Source: Antedon mediterranea
Taxonomy: Eukaryota; Animalia; Echinodermata
Assembly: GCF_964355755.1 (NCBI RefSeq)
Contig: NC_092677.1
Coordinates: 10,004,101 to 10,068,100, forward strand
Direction of reading: 5' to 3'
DNA length: 64,000 nucleotides
In this document: in pieces, positions 57,901 through 64,000 of the stretch
Layout of the letters: every line of letters begins with the position of its first letter
Position numbering within the stretch: position 1 is the stretch's first letter
Position numbers and translations under genes: made by a program
The notes under the pieces: model-generated
Databases searched by the model: none
What the model saw: only the letters and a program-made list of their open reading frames with translations
What the model was told of the DNA's origin: nothing

Positions 57901-60571
57901 CTGTGGGTGTTACGTTCGCTGCAGATGTCATGAAGCGCAATCGTCAATTCATTCTGATTGTGAGAGAAGCGGTAACGTCATTCACAGTCGCTTGTTTTCT
58001 TGACAACGAACAGCGTAACTCACTTCGTGACGCTCTTATCCGAATGTGCGTTGAGCTCCGTCCCCTTGATGGTCCCCACGCCATTATCCGTGCCGACGGG
58101 GCACCCGGATTCCAAGCACTTGTTAATGACTCATTACTCAAGCAGGAACGCATCTGTATTGAAATAGGCCGACTTAAAAATGTTAATAAAAATCCAATTG
58201 CCGAGAAGGCTATTCAAGAACTGGAAGATGAACTACTTCGTTTGGATCCTGACGCTGGTTTTATCTCGCCTATTGCACTCGCTCGTGCAACCGCACAACT
58301 CAACTCACGCATTCGCTCCCGTGGTTTATCCGCTCGTGAGATGTGGACCAAGCGTGACCAGTTTTTCCACGAACAGATCCCACTCTCTGACCTCAAGCTT
58401 ATCCGCGAACAGCACTCATCACGCACCTCTAATCACAAATACAGTCGAATTTCAAAAGCTCCCACTCGTGAACTTGCTCCTGCAACTCTTGTGGAGGTGG
58501 GTGATCTCGTATACCTGTATGCAGATCTTAACAGTCTAACGCTCGTAAGAGATACCTTGTCGTATCTGTTGATGGTACATGGTGTTGCGTTCGCAAGTTC
58601 AGTGGAACCCAGTTACGAAACACATCGTACCGTGTTAAGCGATCCGAATGCTTTAAAGTTCCTAGCTCTATACTTGCTCCTAGTACACTTACCTCACGAA
58701 AGTACCAGAGTGAGGGATCGGACAATGAGGATAATACATTTGGACCTACCGTGGTTGCCCCAGTTCAGCCTGTCATTCCTGTTGAGATATCTTCTCCGCT
58801 TGTCGACGGTGCCACAAACACCGTCCTTGAAGATGTTCATGATAATGATCCGCCCTACAACCAGATTCGCGATGAACCAACTTCCCAGTCTTGTTCAAGA
58901 CCTCAACGCTCTCACCACCTACCAAACCGATTTGCTGAATTTATTATGGACTAGTGGTTTTACGATCTTGCACGTTATTTTATTTTTTAACAAGTTTCAC
59001 TCTGAATAACATTTTATTTTTTGCTTTGATTTTGTGATGCCGGTTACCATATGTTTTGCTTTTCTCCTGTATTGCTTTAAAGGATATTGTTTTAGATTAA
59101 AACTGATTAAGAAAGAAGAAGAAAGAAAAGTAGTCACGCCAGTGCGCCCTCATGGGCTGGAGTTGTTCGTGCGTTGTTGCTTTGATTTCCATGTTGTTGT
59201 ATTGAGTTATTGACTGTTATTAAAATACATTATTCGCAATACATCGGTCTATGTGTGATCTGTAGAGTTGTGGCATATAAACATCAACCTTATTGGCGCA
59301 GAATATAGTTATTTGTTTATCCACCTCAACCCCCTCCCCTACCATGAATGACCTCCCCTACCATGAATGAATAATCCAATTAGAAATGTAATTCAATTAA
59401 TGTTCAACGATAACTAGACTCAATACTGTAATTTTTGTTTTGAATTTTAATCATTTTTAACCGTTAAACAATAAGAATATACAGACATGTTTAGCATTAT
59501 TATAAGAGTCAAAAGTGTATCATAAATAGAGTAAAAAAAAATCATTATATATATTTTGAAATATTCTGAAAAATATTAATATTGCCTTCATTTTTCCTGT
59601 ATAAATACTTATAAGTAGAAATAATATAGGTTTGATGTTACTCATAATTGTGTACAATCACCCATCCTGTATTTTATGAGGCTTCTAATTCATGTTGTAC
59701 AGACATGTTTAGCATTATTATAAGAGTCAAAAGTGTATCATAAATAGAGTAAAAAAAATCATTATATATATTTTGAAATATTCTGAAAAATATTAATATT
59801 GCCTTCATTTTTCCTGTATAAATACTTATAAGTAGAAATAATATAGGTTTGATGTTACTCATAATTGTGTACAATCACCCATCCTGTATTTTATGAGGCT
59901 TCTAATTCATGTATTGTAATTCAGGTAGTCCGGGACCAGCAACACAAAATTCAAATAATGGAAATGAACGAAGTGAAATGTCTGGGCCACTTGCAATAGG
60001 TACCAATCCTGAAGGTAAGTCTGACCGTCAAAACACATGATTGTCTTTTCAGAATTGCTTCTTCTTTTTTACAAATTGTTTAAAGGTTTGCGAAATCACT
60101 ATGTTGATATCAAGTTTTCGTTATAAAATCATTATATATATTTTGAAATTTTCTGAAAAATATTAATATTGTCTTCATTTTCCTATATACCGGTAAATGT
60201 TGTATGTGTATAAATATGCGAAATCACTATATGTTGATATCAAGTTTTCGTTATAAAATCATTATATATATTTTGAACTATTCTGAAAAATATTAATATT
60301 GTCTTCATTTTCCTATATAAATGTTGTATGTGTATAAATAGCAATACAGTCTCAACGTTTGGTATTTCTAGTTACAGTAGGCCTACTCATAATTGTATAC
60401 AAATAATATAACTCATTCTGTACTTTATGAGGTTTAACATAGAAACTGTATTATAATTCAGAGGCAGGAGGTATGACTATCTCAGAACGGGAAGCAGATG
60501 CCAGCGCTAATTCAGAAAGTATGTCTGAAGCTGTTCCTATTGTAAATACTTTGGAAATGGAAAACATTTGA
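42916..60571 (+). CDS. Candidate orphan gene: 3 phase-compatible low-complexity exons spanning the Gypsy insertion
   Basis: AG/GT-bounded exons 42916-43003, 59925-60014 and 60462-60571 join to [11 protein letters not shown]...[15 protein letters not shown]...[12 protein letters not shown]...MENI*. No start exon was identified. Confidence 0.35.
45201..45362 (+). repeat. 5' LTR
   Basis: CGCCA...TGGCG, direct repeat of 59137-59298. Confidence 0.95.
45517..46857 (+). CDS. Gag (CCHC-like knuckle) plus aspartic protease, truncated by an internal deletion
   Basis: [25 protein letters not shown] and DILAGTPF. The frame ends at a junction to RT sequence. Confidence 0.85.
   Translation: MANVNRAPKQWSLTKTETINSFESWRQNIIYTLSLDENFAPFLMEGTQWGPKTRASPLRLFEDDDDTVPRARRRTAQQKVHMLELMLGQIANFCPIISRSTIVKSSTSISQIWQAIRLHYGFQTTGGHFLDFATIHLEAGERPEDLYQRLLAFADDNLLRTGGGINHHGVAITEDEEMTPTVENFIVLTWLSLIHKDLPRLVKQRYGTDLRDRTLATIKPEISQAMDSLFDELRATEDTRAMHTFATPPTVNYQHASRTSRNTTSHIRRQLKSCPLCKQAGRKHDTHFLSGCIHLPEQDRKYMVRARQVIGIIEGIEETDVSDDASLADNQTEQAALRVQIRQSPYLDVFHNHHTARITIDSGATGNMISLAAATALSAEIRESSQSAHQADGSSPLKVVGETTITFSRNHIELLFDGLVVERLDVDILAGTPFMENNDIAIRPAT
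46852..47845 (+). pseudogene. Reverse transcriptase and N-terminal RNase H (frameshifted, with stop)
   Basis: [47 protein letters not shown] and CEIEALAI. Frameshift near 47366 and stop near 47611. Confidence 0.9.
48596..49147 (+). repeat. 88-bp tandem hairpin array, ~6 units (left arm)
   Basis: Each unit contains TACCTGCCCTGA-cgt-ATGACAAATAA-loop-TTATTTGTCAT-cct-TCAGGGCAGGTA. Confidence 0.95.
50860..52534 (-). repeat. 88-bp tandem hairpin array, ~19 units (right arm, inverted)
   Basis: Reverse complement of the left-arm unit. Confidence 0.95.
53244..54137. mobile_element. GG...CC palindromic MITE with 8-bp TSD (Merlin-like)
   Basis: CGATATTC|GGCGCTAGTTCCGTTTCGCACCTG ... CAGGTGCGAAACGGAACTAGCGCC|CGATATTC, with ~300-bp imperfect arms. 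Confidence 0.88.
54223..57146. mobile_element. Academ-like non-autonomous element (2.9 kb)
   Basis: ATA|TAGTCCAGTCCCTAAGGGGA ... TCCCCTTAGGGACCGGACTA|ATA (TAG termini, 3-bp TSD). Sub-terminal inverted repeat 54318-54385 / 56997-57063. Removing it restores RNase [21 protein letters not shown]. Confidence 0.88.
57150..58954 (+). pseudogene. C-terminal RNase H plus integrase (frameshifted)
   Basis: [26 protein letters not shown] zinc finger (HIRLDH..CHQC) and DDE core ([22 protein letters not shown]). Frameshifts near 57477 and 58530. Confidence 0.9.
59137..59298 (+). repeat. 3' LTR
   Basis: Follows the PPT AAGAAAGAAGAAGAAAGAAAAG plus a 6-nt spacer, TAGTCA. Confidence 0.95.
59481..60340. repeat. 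Two local tandem duplications (~218 bp x2 and ~128 bp x2) of related intron sequence
   Basis: 59481-59698 is nearly identical to 59699-59912, and 60089-60214 resembles 60217-60339. Confidence 0.85.
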
Positions 60572-61864
60572 ATAATATTATTTTTAGTACTGTATATTCT
60601 TTATTATTAGTTACTATAATCCGGGAGACTGTGGAATTGGTCTCAACCCTGCAATAGCAAACATATTAGTATTAACATGTAATCTTGCCATAATATATTG
60701 CTATATATTATTATATATGTTCTTAAAGCTTTGTTCCCACCAGAGTCTCAGAGACGCAACACAAGGACGTAAGCACAGCATGAGTGATGTGACCAATCAC
60801 AAGCGATGGATTATGCGAACTGTTGGTCAATTCACTCGCGTTGCCTTGCGTCTCTGGTGGGAGCTTAAAGCTCAGTAAGCATGAACTTTATATATAATAT
60901 TTCTAAAGTAATCACAAAAAACATGTATTAGTTTGATTACTGATGTTACTATATATGGTGAATCCCTAGAAAATTTAAAAAAAAATGTGGTGGATAATTT
61001 TTGATACAGTGTTAGTTTTGTTAAAAATTCCCCTCTATTTACAACATTTGTGTACAAAAGAATAGGAATTTTACTGTGTCATTTGAATACAGATAAGAAA
61101 GTGCTTAATCAAAAAAAAAAGATTACGATTGATAATTTAATTGAAATGTATGATCAATATGATAATTTATGTACACTCTCCTATCAACACTTTTTTTGCT
61201 TTTGACGGCCATTTAAAGCCTTTAATATTTTTGCTAATGCTATCATGATACTTGAACATTTGATATGGAATTTGTATGTAATTTCTGCCTTTAAAATATA
61301 TACTGTATACATGCATTTGTTGTATTGGAAAGCTTAGAATAATGTTTATCAAATTAATAATTGATGGTTTTTGGAGTTTATAAATTTAACTATTTAATTT
61401 AATACTTAAATACTTTGTACTCTTTGCTCTCTTTTATGCCATTATTATCAAAATAAATGTTGAAGAATCAGAAACGTTTTTTTTTTTTATTTAAATAAAT
61501 TCTAATAATGGAAGGAGACAAGCAGAAAAGGTTAGTTGCCCGAAAGCTCTGCCAATTTTTCTGGCTGTTCTACTCTTTTTGATTGAGGCAGGTTTTGCTT
61601 ATTTATTTGTATCTCCATTGATTGAGATCCAGCCACTGATATCCACAGCATTGTCATTTTTTCATTAATTTGCCTTTGATATATTACTAGAAACGTAGAT
61701 TAAAACATTCACAGTAAAATTCTTGTCATTTTGATACCCCATACGTATGGACGCATGCATTAACAAATACATCTTTTTGATAGTGTAGACAGAGCTTTAA
61801 CCGTAAATCCCTTCTTTATATTGATGTAACAGAGTTTTTAGGAAAATGCCACTAAGTGGTTCAG

Positions 61865-63636
61865 TCACTTATTGAAGTGGTCTTCTGGGGGATTATACCA
61901 ATCAACATCCTCATTATCATCAGTGACATCATCAACGTCATGAAATGCTATACTATCTTCAAAATCCTCCTCCGCTTCATTATAACTAGCTGAAATTGGA
62001 TTCGTTTTCCTATCTTTATGTTTTTTCTTTTTCCTTTGAAGAACTTTAAATTGTTCAAAACTTTTATTGATATCCGTGCATGCTTGTGATTCACTTACAT
62101 CTGTAATATTACTCGATTTCTTTTTATATTTTTCTATTTCTTGATTTATCTTCCCCAAGTCCATATTTAGAAAATTAAGAGACTGTTGCGAGTGAACCTG
62201 AATCGGAGGCATGTCTTCAACAGCTGGTAGCTGATGGTAGTCAATGTCTTCAGAATCTGCTGGTCCCATGTCGGCTTTATCAAGCAGTCTTTCTACCTCT
62301 GCTATATTGGCACTGGCCTTATCACGTGTAAATACCATAATTGGGGTTCTGTTTAATATTCTTAGCGTCGCCAGCATGTGTCTATGTAGAAAATAATGAA
62401 TTTTAAACAATATATAAAGAAGTTTATTTTACAATATTTCATTTACCTGTTGATATCATACTTATCATATAATATAATAATATCCTATCTAATGTATTAT
62501 ATTAAATAGGATATAATGCCATTTTTGACAGATACGGTTATTGGCAATAGCAACTGTGGATGTAATTTATCTTTCTGTAGACAAGGGGGACCATGCGTGT
62601 GCCGATAAGTTAATAGTTAGTGTGGTGCTATCGGCACAGTCAATCATGCATCAAATTCACTATTTTCTATCAGTATGGCCAAATCGTGACAGTAAGCCGA
62701 AAATAGATAGAAATAAGATAGAAAATAGTAAATGACATGCATGGTTGACTGTACAGTGCTGATAGCCACTTCTATTCTTGGCTAGTACAATATTTTTATC
62801 TCTGGTAGAGTTCACTGTACAAACGTACCTAATGGTAAACGCATATTTATCCAGTACTTCTTGCACCTTATCATCACTTTCAACATTACCTGATGCTTGC
62901 CAGTAAACATGACAAGTTCGCAAATCTCCAGCCAACCTAACCTGTTCACAAAAAAAAATTAAACATCGAAACAGAATGAACTACAGTTCTGTCTTATACA
63001 GTATTTTCTGATTTTTCTGGTGAGGTAATTGAAAATAGAAGGTGAAAATGAAAATTTGGCTATATTTTTAATATAATACATTTCGGTTGATATTTTTTCG
63101 CAAAAAACGGCATGTAGTTTTAGCTTGGTTGCCATGTACTTGCTTGGATGTAGTGTTAAGTTGATAAAACACTATTGCTATTAAAATCTGATGGGTGCTG
63201 CTGACAAGAAAACTAACCAATGGAATCCCCAGCCTTTAAGGTTGATGTCAGATTTAAATATGTATTAAAAAATACAAATTCAACAAATTCAGTAGTGTAT
63301 TAAAAAAATAATTAAAAAAATTCAGTAGGCCATTTTAATGTTACATCATTTTTACAAAAGTGAATAACGTTATTAAAACTACAAAATGGCCTATTCAAAG
63401 TTTGATTTTATTCATATTTTTGTTCAAGTTTTGGGAAACAATACAAGATTTTGTATTGCTAAAATAAAAATATTTACTCCAAGTATCTGGACATTTAACC
63501 TCCCTAATTCTTCACTGATCATATCAGAATTGATGAAATCACTGACGTGCTGAAACAAGTTGTCATTCAAGCACCGAAGTCTGATGTTATCTTCGGGTTG
63601 TATCTGGCCGGACTTCCTAGATGTTGTCTTGTTAGT
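61865..63636 (-). CDS. RBFA: Mitochondrial ribosome-binding factor A, 3' exons (5' end not identified in the window)
   Basis: Exons ~63636-63478, 62941-62829 and 62381-61865 give EDNIRLRCLNDNLF...VRLAGDLRTCHVYW...IRHMLATLRILNRTPIMVFTRDKASANIAEVERLLDKADMGP, matching metazoan RBFA motifs. Confidence 0.88.
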
Positions 63637-64000
63637 CTAATGGGCGCCAAAAGCACAAATAATTATTAATTTTAAGTATAATTCCTTTTAAATATTTATT
63701 ATTGATTGAGGCCGGATATTTTTAAAATCAAAAATGGCAAAAGGTTTATCAGACATCGTTTCATACTATGCTATTTATATAATGGATAAAGGCATTGTAC
63801 AGTAGTAGGTATAGTAGTAAGTAGCATTTACATGACCATACTGTTCTGTACTTTCGGCCAGAAAAAAGTTAAATAATCCCATGTTTTTATAGAAATTAAC
63901 CTAAAATACAGATCAATAGACTTATAGTTAACAACAACAACACGTCAGACCGACATACCGATTTAGTAAACTGTGTAGGATTGTTCACATCAAAATAAAA

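Larger units (their letters stand above)
45201..59298 (+). mobile_element. Gypsy/Ty3-like LTR retrotransposon, decayed, with nested insertions
   Basis: 162-bp LTRs at 45201-45362 and 59137-59298 (3 mismatches). PBS TGGTGGCAGC at 45363 (tRNA-Leu-like). PPT at 59109-59130. Domain order gag-PR-RT-RH-INT. Confidence 0.95.

Noticed and set aside
58530-59009. Hydrophobic C-terminal extension of the 457-aa integrase ORF as an env-like region
   Set aside because: It results from a frameshift. The plausible integrase tail continues in another frame and ends at 58954, before the PPT.

Overview
AT-rich metazoan genomic DNA with GT-AG introns. DeuSINE-type SINEs and abundant TAGGCCTA tracts suggest an invertebrate deuterostome such as an echinoderm (inference). 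I could splice five host genes by hand: DECR1 (-), BOLA3 (+, head-to-head with DECR1), a TLC-domain membrane protein (+), CENPT (+) and the 3' part of RBFA (-). There is also a diverged partial RBFA duplicate and a candidate orphan multi-exon gene. The rest is dense in transposons. An apparently intact two-gene PIF/Harbinger element sits in a BOLA3 intron. A young but decayed Gypsy-like LTR element has non-canonical CG...CG termini, a putative 3-bp TSD and an IADD RT motif. It hosts a nested stack: a pogo-like element containing a 4.5-kb foldback element with 88-bp hairpin arrays and a 0.9-kb GG..CC element, plus an adjacent Academ-like element. Many MITE, Helentron-like and SINE copies and minisatellites fill the introns. 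I found no CRISPR, rRNA or prokaryotic features. All family calls come from motif recognition, not database searches.
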